Source: Candidatus Latescibacterota bacterium | GTDB lineage: Bacteria > Latescibacterota > Latescibacteria > Latescibacterales > Latescibacteraceae | Direction of reading: 5' to 3' | Length of the DNA stretch: 64,000 nucleotides | NCBI GenBank assembly: GCA_016927495.1 | Contig: JAFGMP010000040.1 | Location: forward strand, 3,585 to 67,584 | Shown here: positions 1-10,466 of the stretch, in pieces | Numbering within the stretch: the first letter of the stretch is position 1 | Layout: every line of letters starts with the position of its first letter | Position numbers and translations under genes: made by a program | Notes under the pieces: model-generated | Databases searched by the model: none | Seen by the model: only the letters and a program-made list of their open reading frames with translations | Told to the model about the DNA's origin: nothing

Positions 1-2760
1 CTGAGCGATGAAGGACACAGTGTCAGAAAACGTATCGATCAGTTAATCAGAATTCTCGGTGCAAAATTCCCGATTTATGTTTTAGTGACAAAGCTGGACC
101 TTGTACAGGGAATGGTTGAATTTACCAATCTTATACCCAAACAGGCCCGTGACCAGGCTATGGGTTATGTCAACAAACAAAGTACCCATGACTGGAAAAC
201 GGTGCTCGATCAAACCTTTACGAGTGTTGCCGAACGTATTAAAACATTGCAGTTAATTATGGTTCATCAGGAAGATTTCATCGAACCGGAAATTTTTCTT
301 TTCAACAATAACTTCGAACGACTTCGTTTGGGTCTGGAATTGTATGTCCGGGCAGTTTTTGAACAGAATCCTTATCAGGAAACACCATTATGCAGAGGTG
401 TCTTTTTCTCAAGCGCAATTCAGGAAGGCAAACTTCCACCCGAATCCGAAAAAATGTTTGGAGTCAATAAAAAGGAAATACAGGATATTGGGCATAATAA
501 CGGTTTGTTTTTAAAAGATATTTTTAAAAAAATTCTGCCAAAAGACCGAAATCTTTTTATACCAATACAGGAATTTCTTTCATGGTACCGTCTGACAAGA
601 AATATGGTGCTACTTTCATGGATATTGCTATGGTTGTCTGCGGGTGGGATAATGAGTTTTTCATACATAGTAAATCTGAATGCATTTAATGTTGCGAAGA
701 GGTCATTACCTCAACCTGAAATCATAGGAGATTTCGCATATGATATGCATAATATAAACACATTTCGATCAAGAATATCGGAAATGGAAAGAGCAAATCA
801 TAAATGGTTTATTCGCTGGTTCGGATTCCGATACAGTCTTGCTTTTGAAGTAAAACTAAAAATTAAATTTTTACAATTGTTTCGTGATGAAATACTCTAC
901 CCCTTTGATAGTGAACTTGTAAAAAATTTAAGTAATACGGATTTAACTACTAAAAATGAATCATTCTGGGAGTATTTTAATTATTATAATGCACGTATAA
1001 CTCTGTTACGGGATTACCTGAAAAACAGGAACTCCTTTTCCATGGAGCATTTTATCGCAATATCAGGTGATATTATGAAAAAAAATTATCCTGATCTTAC
1101 TTCCGGAACTGTTTCTATGTTCGGCGATAGTTACCATGATTATCTTTTATGGAATGAGGATACGAAAGAATTTAACCGGCAACTTTTTAAATTTCAGGAA
1201 ATCCTCAATAATCTGCTTCAAAAGAACAGAAACCTGAATGCCATTCTTTTGAATTCAATCGAAGGTGTCCCTGATGTTCGAATGAGTGATTTCTGGGGAG
1301 GAAGTGAATATGGGGGACAAAATAAAATTATAATCCGGGGAACATATACCCATGCCGGACAACAACAACTTGAAGAACTTTTGGATAAAATGGAAAAAGC
1401 GGTAGTCGATACTTCTGTAATCTCAGATGAAAAGAGAGAATTCTGGTCGCAGTATCAACTGCAATTTTATGATGAGTGGAACAATTTTTCTCGAAGTTTT
1501 TATGTAAATTCCGGTGAATTGAGAGACAGTAAAGAATGGAAGTATATCGCTGCATTAATGACTTCCGAGAACAATCCCCATTTCCAGTTCATGGAAAGTA
1601 TGGCGGATGAATTTTCTCAACTCCCGCAAATTCATCAGGAACCCTCATGGGTGAGTCTGGTAAGGGAACTTGATGAAGTTCGAAAACTGACCGAAAAAAA
1701 TGAAACTGCAAAACCACAATCGCTTCTCAGTAAAATTGAAGACCAAAAAGATAAAATTGTACAAAAAACAATTGAAAAAACAGACTCACGTAAAGTCTAT
1801 GAAGAAAAAATCAGGCAGGAAGCGGCAATTGTCCTTTCTGATTATGTTAAAGCAATTATACAAATCGCTCCGGCCCTGACATCCCGTGAATTTTGTTTTC
1901 AAATGGTATCAAACTCAAGCCAGTCTCCATTGGCCGCTGCAGAAAATACATTTTTAAAACTGCAAAGTATTTTGGGTAGTCAGGGAAATCTTTCCCCCGT
2001 ATGGGATCATATCATAGCGCCGCAGCGCTTTCTTGCCGATTATGCTATAAAAGAAACAGCCTGTGTGCTGCAGGCACAATGGGAAGAACAGGTATTGGGT
2101 GGATTAAAAGGTGTGGTAACAGATGAAATCCCTACAGCACTTTTTTCGGATTCGGGAGGATTGGTATGGCAATTTCTTGATACCAGCGGCAAGCCGTTTA
2201 TTACCCGTGACAGACGCGGTTATTCTGCTCGTGAAATTCTTGATCGAAAACTACCGTTTAAAGCCGCATTTTTCGATTTCATCAATTCCGGACCGGAAAG
2301 TATCATTAACTTCAAACCGGAATATATAGTAACCATGGAAACATTACCTATCGAGGTTAACAGCGGAGCCCGGGTGAAACCTCAGGCATGCACACTCGGA
2401 CTTCGATGTTCGGATGAAATGTTTATTCTTGAAAATTATAACTACCCGCAGAGCAAAACATTTTTATGGTCTCCCGATAAATGTGGTGATGCGACTATAA
2501 CCATTCTTTTTCCCGATAATAAGATTGTCAAAATTTATGGTGGCAATATGGGATTTGCCACACTCCTGTCAGAATTCAGAGATGGCAGCAGAACATTCAG
2601 GGCTGATGAATTCTCAAGAAATAAATCTTTTCTGGATACTATGAATATCTCATGGATACGCTTATCATATAAAATTACCGGAAGTAAAGACGTGCTTCAA
2701 TTGCTTGAAAAAAAACCGTTACGCGTACCTATGGAAATTGTTGATTGCTGGTCACCCTAA
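1..2760 (+). CDS. tssM: Type VI secretion membrane subunit TssM (IcmF-like), 5'-truncated by the window edge
   Basis: The frame is open from position 1. The translation begins ...FPIYVLVTKLDLVQGMVEFTNLIP, which resembles the IcmF/TssM motif LPVYLV(F)TK(C)DLL..F. A long C-terminal IcmF-related region follows, and tssA-tssB-tssC come next. Confidence 0.8.
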   Translation: MSDEGHSVRKRIDQLIRILGAKFPIYVLVTKLDLVQGMVEFTNLIPKQARDQAMGYVNKQSTHDWKTVLDQTFTSVAERIKTLQLIMVHQEDFIEPEIFLFNNNFERLRLGLELYVRAVFEQNPYQETPLCRGVFFSSAIQEGKLPPESEKMFGVNKKEIQDIGHNNGLFLKDIFKKILPKDRNLFIPIQEFLSWYRLTRNMVLLSWILLWLSAGGIMSFSYIVNLNAFNVAKRSLPQPEIIGDFAYDMHNINTFRSRISEMERANHKWFIRWFGFRYSLAFEVKLKIKFLQLFRDEILYPFDSELVKNLSNTDLTTKNESFWEYFNYYNARITLLRDYLKNRNSFSMEHFIAISGDIMKKNYPDLTSGTVSMFGDSYHDYLLWNEDTKEFNRQLFKFQEILNNLLQKNRNLNAILLNSIEGVPDVRMSDFWGGSEYGGQNKIIIRGTYTHAGQQQLEELLDKMEKAVVDTSVISDEKREFWSQYQLQFYDEWNNFSRSFYVNSGELRDSKEWKYIAALMTSENNPHFQFMESMADEFSQLPQIHQEPSWVSLVRELDEVRKLTEKNETAKPQSLLSKIEDQKDKIVQKTIEKTDSRKVYEEKIRQEAAIVLSDYVKAIIQIAPALTSREFCFQMVSNSSQSPLAAAENTFLKLQSILGSQGNLSPVWDHIIAPQRFLADYAIKETACVLQAQWEEQVLGGLKGVVTDEIPTALFSDSGGLVWQFLDTSGKPFITRDRRGYSAREILDRKLPFKAAFFDFINSGPESIINFKPEYIVTMETLPIEVNSGARVKPQACTLGLRCSDEMFILENYNYPQSKTFLWSPDKCGDATITILFPDNKIVKIYGGNMGFATLLSEFRDGSRTFRADEFSRNKSFLDTMNISWIRLSYKITGSKDVLQLLEKKPLRVPMEIVDCWSP

Positions 2761-2787
2761 TTCAGACAGTGAAAAAAGGGAATAATA

Positions 2788-4377
2788 ATGGATATATCTG
2801 AACTGGGTCTGCTTCCGATCTCAGAAAACAACCCCTCTGGTGATGATGTTCGCTACGAGCCTGAGTTTGAAGCACTGGAAAATGAAATACAAAAACTGTC
2901 TTCACCTTCTTCTTCCGAAGGTATAGACTGGAATAAGGTCATATCTCTTTCAAGTGATATTTTGGGTGGAAGATCGAAAAATCTTCTTGTTGCCAGTTAT
3001 TTATGCATAGCGCTGATTAATGTTAAAGGTTTGCAGGGTTTTGCAGACGGCATTCATGTATTGAGAGGGCTTCTGGAAAACTTTTGGGAAACGATGTATC
3101 CTCCGAAAAAAAGGATGAGAGGCAGAACTAATGCTATTGACTGGTGGGTAGAAAAAGTTGATGCTATAATCGAAAATAAGGAAGTTGAAAAATGGCCGTC
3201 GGAGTTACGCACCAGTTTCGCCGATGACCTGCATGCCATTGATACGTTCCTTGGAGAAAATGTCGAAGATGCTCCCATACTCACAACAATGAATGAACGT
3301 ATTTTGGCATTGGTCGAAATTGAGAAAGCTCCGGAATTACCATCTGTAGAGGAACCGTCAGGAGAAGTGTCCAGAGAAAAAGTTGATGCCGCACCTGCGG
3401 AAAGTAAGGAAAAAGAAACCGTAATTCCTGACGCTCCTCCTCCCACTTTAAAATCGGTTCAAACCCAGGAAGCCGATACCGGTGAGGATGCCGAAAAACT
3501 CATCAAACAGGGTTTGGATATACTCGGTAAAGCAGCGACACTGCTTATCAAAAAAGAAAATTTGACTTCCGTTCCGTTTCGTTTGAACAGAATTGTCGCC
3601 TGGCTGCCTGTGCAGAATTTGCCGCCGGTCAGCGATGGCAAAACATTGATTCCACCTCCTGACGAACAGATTATTTCCACACTACGCAATATGTATCAAA
3701 CACAAAAATGGCGTGATTTGTTACAAGCGGCGGAATCGAGGGTACGTCAATTTCTGTTCTGGATAGACCTCAGCAGGTATGTCGCAGAATCGCTTGAACA
3801 ATTACGCTACCCCGACATTTGCTCAACCGTAAGTTCCGAGACTCTTAACTACGTGAACCGTTTGCCAGGTATCGAAAAACTGGCTTTTGCCGACGGCACT
3901 CCTTTTGCCGATGTAGAAACCAAAGAATGGTTAAGGACACTGATACAACAACACGGTACGGCCGGTGCGTCAACCGGACCCGGCGGCAGTGAAATTGAAC
4001 AACTCGTTGAACAGGAGCTTGCCCAATCACAGAAATTGATAAAAGAAAACAAATTACCCGGTGCATTAAGCGGTTTCAAGAACAAAGTCAACAGCGCAGC
4101 ATCATCACGGGAACAATTTATCTGGGAAATTGGACTTTGCCGGTTATTGCTTCGTGCAAAATTACCCAAACTTGTTGTTCCGAATTCCTTGAAAATTCTT
4201 GAGATGATAGACACATATAAGATCGATGAATGGGAACCGGCGCTTGCCGTTGACGGACTCACCGTTGTTTTATCAGGACTAAAACTCCAGGAAGACAATA
4301 AGGATGAAGAGTTGATTAAAAAGATCATTGACCGTATTGCAACGATAAATCCCGCAAGGGTTTTAGATTTTATATGA
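2788..4377 (+). CDS. tssA: Type VI secretion protein TssA (ImpA_N family)
   Basis: The N-terminus PISENNPSGDDVRYEPEFEALENEIQKL matches the ImpA_N signature (PISEDNPCGEDLRYDPEFEAL-like). A RBS sits upstream and the gene lies between tssM and tssB. Confidence 0.8.
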   Translation: MDISELGLLPISENNPSGDDVRYEPEFEALENEIQKLSSPSSSEGIDWNKVISLSSDILGGRSKNLLVASYLCIALINVKGLQGFADGIHVLRGLLENFWETMYPPKKRMRGRTNAIDWWVEKVDAIIENKEVEKWPSELRTSFADDLHAIDTFLGENVEDAPILTTMNERILALVEIEKAPELPSVEEPSGEVSREKVDAAPAESKEKETVIPDAPPPTLKSVQTQEADTGEDAEKLIKQGLDILGKAATLLIKKENLTSVPFRLNRIVAWLPVQNLPPVSDGKTLIPPPDEQIISTLRNMYQTQKWRDLLQAAESRVRQFLFWIDLSRYVAESLEQLRYPDICSTVSSETLNYVNRLPGIEKLAFADGTPFADVETKEWLRTLIQQHGTAGASTGPGGSEIEQLVEQELAQSQKLIKENKLPGALSGFKNKVNSAASSREQFIWEIGLCRLLLRAKLPKLVVPNSLKILEMIDTYKIDEWEPALAVDGLTVVLSGLKLQEDNKDEELIKKIIDRIATINPARVLDFI

Positions 4378-4529
4378 GAGTAAAATTTTAAACATAAAGA
4401 TCACATAATGTTGAATTCTTTTTTACTTTTCTCTTTTGGGAAGGTGGATATTATCACTCCCCCTCCGGGTGAAATGAAAATGGAATTTAATCAGATTTTT
4501 CATCATTAATTTTTTGAAGGAGGTACGAG

Positions 4530-5015
4530 ATGCCAAAAGAATCTTCGGTGGCTCCGAAAGAACGTGTCAATATTGTTTATCGGCCCGCAACCGGTGGAGC
4601 GAATGAAGAAGTGGAATTGCCATTAAAAATTCTCGTTATGGGCGATTACACGTTAAAAGAGAATGAGACACCAGTTGAAGACCGAAAACCGGTCAACATC
4701 GACAAGGATAATTTTAACGATGTCCTGAGTGCTCAAAAAGTCGGCCTTGAAACGGTTGTAGACAATACTCTCACAGGTGAGGAAAATGCCAAACTAAATG
4801 TCAATCTTGACTTCAAAACCATGAGAGATTTCGAGCCCGATGCAATCATAAGAAAAGTACCGGAACTTACTGCTCTGGTCGAATTGCGGGAAGCGTTGAA
4901 AGCTTTAAAAGGTCCGCTCGGAAATGTGCCGGAATTCAGAAAAAAGATTCAGGAACTTGTCAAAGATGCGGGAGCGAGAGAACGTCTCCTTAAAGAACTT
5001 GGAATTGAACAATAA
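4530..5015 (+). CDS. tssB: T6SS contractile sheath small subunit TssB (VipA)
   Basis: 161 aa. ERVNIVYRPATGGANEEVELPLKILVMGDYT matches the TssB N-terminal consensus. A strong RBS GAAGGAGG precedes it, and it lies directly upstream of tssC. Confidence 0.9.
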   Translation: MPKESSVAPKERVNIVYRPATGGANEEVELPLKILVMGDYTLKENETPVEDRKPVNIDKDNFNDVLSAQKVGLETVVDNTLTGEENAKLNVNLDFKTMRDFEPDAIIRKVPELTALVELREALKALKGPLGNVPEFRKKIQELVKDAGARERLLKELGIEQ

Positions 5016-5026
5016 GGGTAATTACT

Positions 5027-6517
5027 ATGGCTGATGAACAAAAAAAGGCACAGGAAGCTCAACAGGCGGGAACCGTTGAAGGAGCATCTTCTCTGTTGGA
5101 CGAAATTGTGCAGGCTACAAAACTGAAGCCTTCTGATGAAGGTTATTCAGCAACGAAACAGGGAGTACAGGCATTTATCGACGAGCTTCTGAAACCCGGC
5201 CGTGAAGAAGCACGTGTTTCGGCAGGTCTTGTTGATGAAATGATAGCAAATATCGATCAAAAGCTGAGCAGACAAATGGATGCTATATTGCATAACGAGG
5301 ATTACCAGAAACTTGAATCTGCCTGGCGCTCATTAAAATTCCTGGTTGACAACACTAATTTCAGGGAAAACATTAAAATTGAAGTCCTGAATGTTAACAA
5401 ACAGGATTTATTCGATGATTTTGAAGATGCACCGGAAGTTGTCAAATCAGGTCTTTACAAGTTGGCATATACGGCTGAATATGGGCAGTTTGGCGGTCAG
5501 CCATATGGTTTGATGGTCGGCAACTATGAATTTGGGCCGGGAGCCCAGGATATTAAATTGCTTCAGCACCTTGCAAGCGTTGCTACAATGTCTCATGCAC
5601 CGTTTGTAGCCGCAGCAGGTCCCCAATTCTTCGGATTGGAAAATTTTAGCGGGCTTCCGAATCTCAAGGATCTGAAATCTATCTTTGAGATGCCTCAATA
5701 CACTAAATGGCAGGGATTCAGGGAATCGGAAGATGCCAGAAATGTTGGTCTGACAATACCACACTTCCTTCTCCGAACACCCTATGATCCTGAAAATCAA
5801 CCGGTGAAAAGCTTTAATTACCGGGAAGAAGCGGCTGCAGGCGATAATGCTTATCTCTGGGGTAACGCCGCATTTACGTTTGCATCAAGGATTGCAGACA
5901 GTTTTGCCAAGTACCGCATGTGTTCCAATATTATCGGACCACAGGGCGGTGGTGCTGTTGAAGACCTTCCCGTACACAATTATGAATCTATGGGTGAAAT
6001 ACAGACCAAGATTCCGACCGAAATTCTGATTTCCGAACGCAAAGAATTCGAGCTTGCAGAAGAAGGTTTTATAGCGCTTACAATGAGAAAAGGCAGCGAT
6101 AATGCAGCTTTCTTTTCGGCAAACTCATGCCAAAAAGCTAAAACTTTCGCTAATACACCCGAGGGCAAACAGGCACAACTGAATTATAAGTTAGGCACCG
6201 AGTTACCTTATAATTTTGTTGTTAGCCGTCTGGCACACTATTTGAAGGTACTTCAACGGGAGAATATCGGAAGCTGGAAGTCAAGGGTTGATCTTGAAAA
6301 CGAACTTAACAAGTGGATTACCCAGTATGTATCCGACCAGGAAAATCCGTCACCCGGTGTGCGCAGCCGAAGACCGTTGAGAAAAGCTTTGGTCGAGGTT
6401 GCGGATGTCGAGGGTGAACCCGGTTGGTACCGTGTATCGCTGAAAGTGCAGCCGCATTTCAAATATATGGGCGCTTCTTTTACATTATCGCTGGTTGGTA
6501 AACTCGATAAATCATAA
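5027..6517 (+). CDS. tssC: T6SS contractile sheath large subunit TssC (VipB)
   Basis: 496 aa, about the size of TssC, with an N-terminal SLLDEIV... segment. The rest looks like a sheath-family protein, and the gene is paired with tssB. Confidence 0.9.
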   Translation: MADEQKKAQEAQQAGTVEGASSLLDEIVQATKLKPSDEGYSATKQGVQAFIDELLKPGREEARVSAGLVDEMIANIDQKLSRQMDAILHNEDYQKLESAWRSLKFLVDNTNFRENIKIEVLNVNKQDLFDDFEDAPEVVKSGLYKLAYTAEYGQFGGQPYGLMVGNYEFGPGAQDIKLLQHLASVATMSHAPFVAAAGPQFFGLENFSGLPNLKDLKSIFEMPQYTKWQGFRESEDARNVGLTIPHFLLRTPYDPENQPVKSFNYREEAAAGDNAYLWGNAAFTFASRIADSFAKYRMCSNIIGPQGGGAVEDLPVHNYESMGEIQTKIPTEILISERKEFELAEEGFIALTMRKGSDNAAFFSANSCQKAKTFANTPEGKQAQLNYKLGTELPYNFVVSRLAHYLKVLQRENIGSWKSRVDLENELNKWITQYVSDQENPSPGVRSRRPLRKALVEVADVEGEPGWYRVSLKVQPHFKYMGASFTLSLVGKLDKS

Positions 6518-6623
6518 CCGATGTAAGTTTTGTATGCTTTTTTCTATATATTTTTGAAAGGAGGAGTATGAAACAAAATACAAATCCCGATCTATTAATT
6601 ATTAATGTCTCTTTTTTGAATGT

Positions 6624-6670
6624 ATAGTGAAATCATATAAATCGATATTTCTGAACATCGATTTCACTAT
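6624..6670. promoter_or_regulatory. Perfect 11-bp inverted repeat (ATAGTGAAATC ... GATTTCACTAT) with a 25-nt spacer, 24-70 nt upstream of the hcp start
   Basis: Read directly in the sequence: 6624-6634 and 6660-6670 are exact reverse complements, and the spacer carries two ATCGAT palindromes. This could be an operator or an attenuator stem. Confidence 0.3.
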
Positions 6671-6693
6671 CGTATCTTTTGGAGGATTCTACC

Positions 6694-7182
6694 ATGGCTA
6701 TGACATCGTATATGAGTTTGACAGGTAAAAATCAGGGAGTAATGGAAGGTGACTGCACACAGGCGGGCCGTGAAGGAAAAATTCTTGTGTATGATTTAAA
6801 GCATGAGATCGAAATACCTCGTGACACGCATACGGGTTTACCGACCGGTCAGCGTATCCATCATCCATTGATAATCACCAAACATATCGACAAAAGCTCT
6901 CCCAAACTGATGCAGGCATGTACCAGCGGAGAACAATTCTCCGATGTCGAAGTCCAGTTTTATCACATAAATGAAACCGGACAGGAAGAACATTATTATT
7001 CAATCAAATTGTCAAACGCAATTATTGTGAAAATGAAAAACAACAAACCTATGACTTTTTTACCGGAAAACAAACCATATCATGATATGGAGGAAGTCTG
7101 GTTTACGTACGAGAAAATTATTTGGGTACAGGAAATCGACGGCATCGAAGCAGAAGATGACTGGAAAACTCCGAAAGCTTAA
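6694..7182 (+). CDS. hcp: Hcp (TssD) T6SS inner tube protein
   Basis: 163 aa from the ATG at 6694, with a RBS GGAGGA at 6681-6686. MAMTSYMSLTGKNQGVMEGDC...PTGQRIHHPLIITKHIDKSSPKLMQA fits the Hcp family. The ORF track starts at a TTG at 6679, but the ATG is the more likely start. Confidence 0.9.
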   Translation: MAMTSYMSLTGKNQGVMEGDCTQAGREGKILVYDLKHEIEIPRDTHTGLPTGQRIHHPLIITKHIDKSSPKLMQACTSGEQFSDVEVQFYHINETGQEEHYYSIKLSNAIIVKMKNNKPMTFLPENKPYHDMEEVWFTYEKIIWVQEIDGIEAEDDWKTPKA

Positions 7183-7192
7183 ATTTCCTCAT

Positions 7193-7235
7193 AATATGCC
7201 GTATCGGCAAACGCTGCTGATACGGCATATTATTT
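7193..7235 (+). terminator. Candidate rho-independent terminator downstream of hcp
   Basis: A 13-bp perfect stem (AATATGCCGTATC / GATACGGCATATT) encloses a 13-nt loop and is followed by ATTTAAAAAATACTT. It lies 10 nt after the hcp stop. Confidence 0.5.
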
Positions 7236-7271
7236 AAAAAATACTTAACATATTAAACAGGTTATTATTTT

Positions 7272-7685
7272 ATGTCTGATGAGCGGTTACTGGAACGTAT
7301 TAGAAACCTGGAAAACAATCCCGAAACACGAACCGAGCGAAGCCTGAGTCGAAAAATAAATTCCATAATCGCGCACCTGCAAAATCTCTTAAATACACAC
7401 CAGGGCAGCGTACTTATTGCAAACGACTATGGAATTCCCGATATAACCAATTCCCATGGAGAGGGTATAACGGAACTTACGCGCAGAATCGAGCGTACTC
7501 TTCAGCAGACAATTTTAAAATATGAACCCAGGTTAACCAATGTTCGGGTCAAATTGCTGTCTGAAAAAGATGATGTGCTTAATATGCGGTTTAAACTTGA
7601 AGCGGTTCTTGTTCATGACAATTCTATTCCGGTGATTCTGGAAACCGTTGTAAGCGCCGACGGAAAAGTTGAAATATCGGAATAA
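7272..7685 (+). CDS. tssE: T6SS baseplate protein TssE (gp25-like)
   Basis: 137 aa, the size and position expected for TssE between hcp and tssF. The N-terminal LLERIRNLE... segment looks gp25-like. Confidence 0.75.
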   Translation: MSDERLLERIRNLENNPETRTERSLSRKINSIIAHLQNLLNTHQGSVLIANDYGIPDITNSHGEGITELTRRIERTLQQTILKYEPRLTNVRVKLLSEKDDVLNMRFKLEAVLVHDNSIPVILETVVSADGKVEISE

Positions 7686-7703
7686 GATGGGAGTTGTTAC
7701 ATA

Positions 7704-9437
7704 GTGTTTAATATTTATTATCAACAGGAATTACAAAATCTCAGAGATCTTGCCCGCGAGTTTTCAAAAGTACACCCGTCAATCGCTCCGTTGCTCAGCG
7801 GTACTTCTTCTGACCCGGATGTTGAAAGACTGCTGGAAGGCGTAGCATTTCTTACCGGACTGTTACACCGGAAACTGGATGATGAATTTCCCGAAATCAT
7901 TCACGGATTGATGGATATAATCTTTCCCCATTTCCTCAGGCCGATACCTTCAACATCAATTGTGGTTTTCAGCCCGAAACCAAGCATGCAGGAAACAATA
8001 AAAGTCACGGCCGGGACATCTCTTGCATCGATACCTGTTGAAGGCACATCTTGTTTTTTCAGAACATGTTTTGATACTGAAGTTCATCCGCTTCGCCTGA
8101 AATCGGCAGAATTGACACAAAAATCAGGCCAAAACGATCTGATACGGCTTGTGTTTGAACTATCGGGACAGAACCTTTCCCAATGGCAACCGAAATGTCT
8201 TAGTTTCTTCCTGGGAAGCAGTTATACTCAGGCCAGTAACCTCTATATGCTTTTAACAAAATATGTCAAAAATATTATCCTGAAATCTGTAAAAAGTGAA
8301 AATAAATGTTATTTACCGCCATCATCCTTGATACCATCCGGATTACTGCCTGAAAACAGCCTTTTGCCATTCCCCACTCATTCTTTCAGGGGTTACAGGT
8401 TTTTGCAGGAATATTTCATTTTGCCTCAAAAATTCCTTTTTCTGGAACTGCAGGATTTTGAAAAATGGACAGATCGCGGAAACGGTTCAACGTTTGAAAT
8501 AATATTCGAGATGGGACAATCACCTTTACCGGTCCCAAAAATCGGTATCGATAATTTTATTCTCTTCGCAACACCGGTGATTAATTTATTTCATGATGAT
8601 AACGATCAGTTTACACTCGATCATCGCCTCGAAAAAATTCGGGTAAGGCCCTCGACAAAATCCAAAGACCATTATCAGGTTTTCAGCGTCGATAAAGTTG
8701 TAGGTTTCAAACAAGGCAGTGTTGCACAAAAAGAATACACACCACTTGAACTTTTTTCACATCAGAAAAATGATTCAAGCGTATATCAGGTTATCCATGC
8801 AAGGTCGCCGATTGACAATTCTCCGGAACTGTATTTATCATTTACCTATCCCCCTGAAGGACCGGCGCCGGAACCGGAAACCCTTACGATGTCATTAACA
8901 TATACCAACGGAACACTACCCGAACGTCTGCAACTCGGTGATATTTGTGAACAAACCTCAAACTCACCGGGTTTGCTTGACTTTAAAAATATACTACCAC
9001 CGACAGCACCTGTCGAACCGTTATTGGGGAAAAATACTCTTTGGCGTTTACTCTCTCATCTTTCATTGAATCTGTTGAAAATTTCCAATACTGATTCGAT
9101 CAAAAACCTTTTGAGACTGTACACATCGCCGGAAGGAAAAGACCGAACGAAAATTTCAGCCAACATGAAAAGAATCGACGGCATCGAGAAATTTATTGTA
9201 ACCCCTGTGGATCGTCTTGACGGTGGGCAGGTTATTCGTGGGCAAAAGATTGATATTACAGCTCGGGTGGACCATTTTGCCTGTCTGGGCGACCTTTATA
9301 TTTTCATATCGGTTTTGGATTTATTTTTAGGAATGTATAGTTCGATGAATTCATTCATGCAACTGACGTTAAAAGATTCCATTACAGGAGAGGCATTCAC
9401 TTGGCCGGCACGTTTAGGGGACAGACCCCTGATATAA
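7704..9437 (+). CDS. tssF: T6SS baseplate protein TssF
   Basis: The start is a GTG. FNIYYQQELQNLRDLAREFSKVHPSIAPLL matches the TssF N-terminal consensus (YYNRELAYLRELGAEFA..HPKIA). 577 aa. Confidence 0.85.
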   Translation: MFNIYYQQELQNLRDLAREFSKVHPSIAPLLSGTSSDPDVERLLEGVAFLTGLLHRKLDDEFPEIIHGLMDIIFPHFLRPIPSTSIVVFSPKPSMQETIKVTAGTSLASIPVEGTSCFFRTCFDTEVHPLRLKSAELTQKSGQNDLIRLVFELSGQNLSQWQPKCLSFFLGSSYTQASNLYMLLTKYVKNIILKSVKSENKCYLPPSSLIPSGLLPENSLLPFPTHSFRGYRFLQEYFILPQKFLFLELQDFEKWTDRGNGSTFEIIFEMGQSPLPVPKIGIDNFILFATPVINLFHDDNDQFTLDHRLEKIRVRPSTKSKDHYQVFSVDKVVGFKQGSVAQKEYTPLELFSHQKNDSSVYQVIHARSPIDNSPELYLSFTYPPEGPAPEPETLTMSLTYTNGTLPERLQLGDICEQTSNSPGLLDFKNILPPTAPVEPLLGKNTLWRLLSHLSLNLLKISNTDSIKNLLRLYTSPEGKDRTKISANMKRIDGIEKFIVTPVDRLDGGQVIRGQKIDITARVDHFACLGDLYIFISVLDLFLGMYSSMNSFMQLTLKDSITGEAFTWPARLGDRPLI

Positions 9438-10420
9438 AGAGAAGACTGCTTAAAGAAGGCTTTCGCTTTTCTTATATACAAGCGATACGTTTATTACGAT
9501 ACCTCGTTTACGGTGAAAAAACTTCGATTCATGATAAATATGAAATCAACAGGATGATAAGCGTACACCCTCAACTTTCTCTTGATTTTCCCGAAAGTGA
9601 TATAAGCAGCATACGCGAAAACGGGAAGGATTCTTCTCGTTTTCTGGTTGAAGTAACATTTCTGGAATTATACGGATCATCATCTCCCCTGCCGACTTTT
9701 TATACGGAAGATTTATTAGATGAATTATCCACGGATAAGACGATAACAAGAGATTTTATAGATATATTAAATACCCCTGTTTATAATGCATATTTTAAAA
9801 TATGGAGTAAATACAGATTATTTTTCAATATCGTTGAACAACTTGATCCGGATACACTTCAAAGGCTTTACTGTCTTATCGGATTGGAAAACGATACACT
9901 GCAGAATCAGGTCAACGATTCATATGGCATGATGCGCTATATGGGTCTTTTGACGCAGTTCCCAAGGTCTGCCGAAGGTCTTCGGTCTTTGCTTTCCGAT
10001 AATCTGAACGAGCCAAGTATCAGAATTGATCAATGTATCCCGAGAATAGCCAAAATACCGGATGATCAGCGTTTTATTCTCGGAGTATCGGGAAATGCTC
10101 TTGGAAAAAACGGTTACCTCGGAAATAAAATCGTTGATCGTATGGGAAAATTCAGAATTCAGGCCAGGCCACTTGACAGCGATACTTTTCACCGTTTTTT
10201 ACCTGACAGGCCTGCTTTTAATACAATACGCAACCTGACATCATTCTATCTTGACCAGCAATTATTATGGGATATGGAACTCATCATTGACTACAATACC
10301 ATTGACCATGCTCGTCTCGGCGGAAACGAGTGGTCTCAGTTAGGATGGAGCACATGGATATACTCTGAAAAACCTCAGACCGGAAATGTGTCTGTTGTGC
10401 TTACCGGACAAGAATATTGA
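9401..10420 (+). CDS. tssG: T6SS baseplate protein TssG
   Basis: FRFSYIQAIRLLRY matches the TssG motif FDFFQAVRLLE. The putative TTG start overlaps the tssF 3' end by 37 nt, so the exact start is uncertain. Confidence 0.75.
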   Translation: MAGTFRGQTPDIKRRLLKEGFRFSYIQAIRLLRYLVYGEKTSIHDKYEINRMISVHPQLSLDFPESDISSIRENGKDSSRFLVEVTFLELYGSSSPLPTFYTEDLLDELSTDKTITRDFIDILNTPVYNAYFKIWSKYRLFFNIVEQLDPDTLQRLYCLIGLENDTLQNQVNDSYGMMRYMGLLTQFPRSAEGLRSLLSDNLNEPSIRIDQCIPRIAKIPDDQRFILGVSGNALGKNGYLGNKIVDRMGKFRIQARPLDSDTFHRFLPDRPAFNTIRNLTSFYLDQQLLWDMELIIDYNTIDHARLGGNEWSQLGWSTWIYSEKPQTGNVSVVLTGQEY

Positions 10421-10466
10421 TAATGATATATATAGCTTAACATTCACGATGATAAGGAGAATTCAT

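Noticed and set aside
3849-4328. A 159-aa minus-strand ORF inside tssA, and similar antisense ORFs inside clpV (11601-11924, 12045-12749) and tssC (5447-5800)
   Set aside because: Each is entirely nested antisense within a confidently identified conserved gene. They have no RBS and no family resemblance, so they are typical spurious frames.
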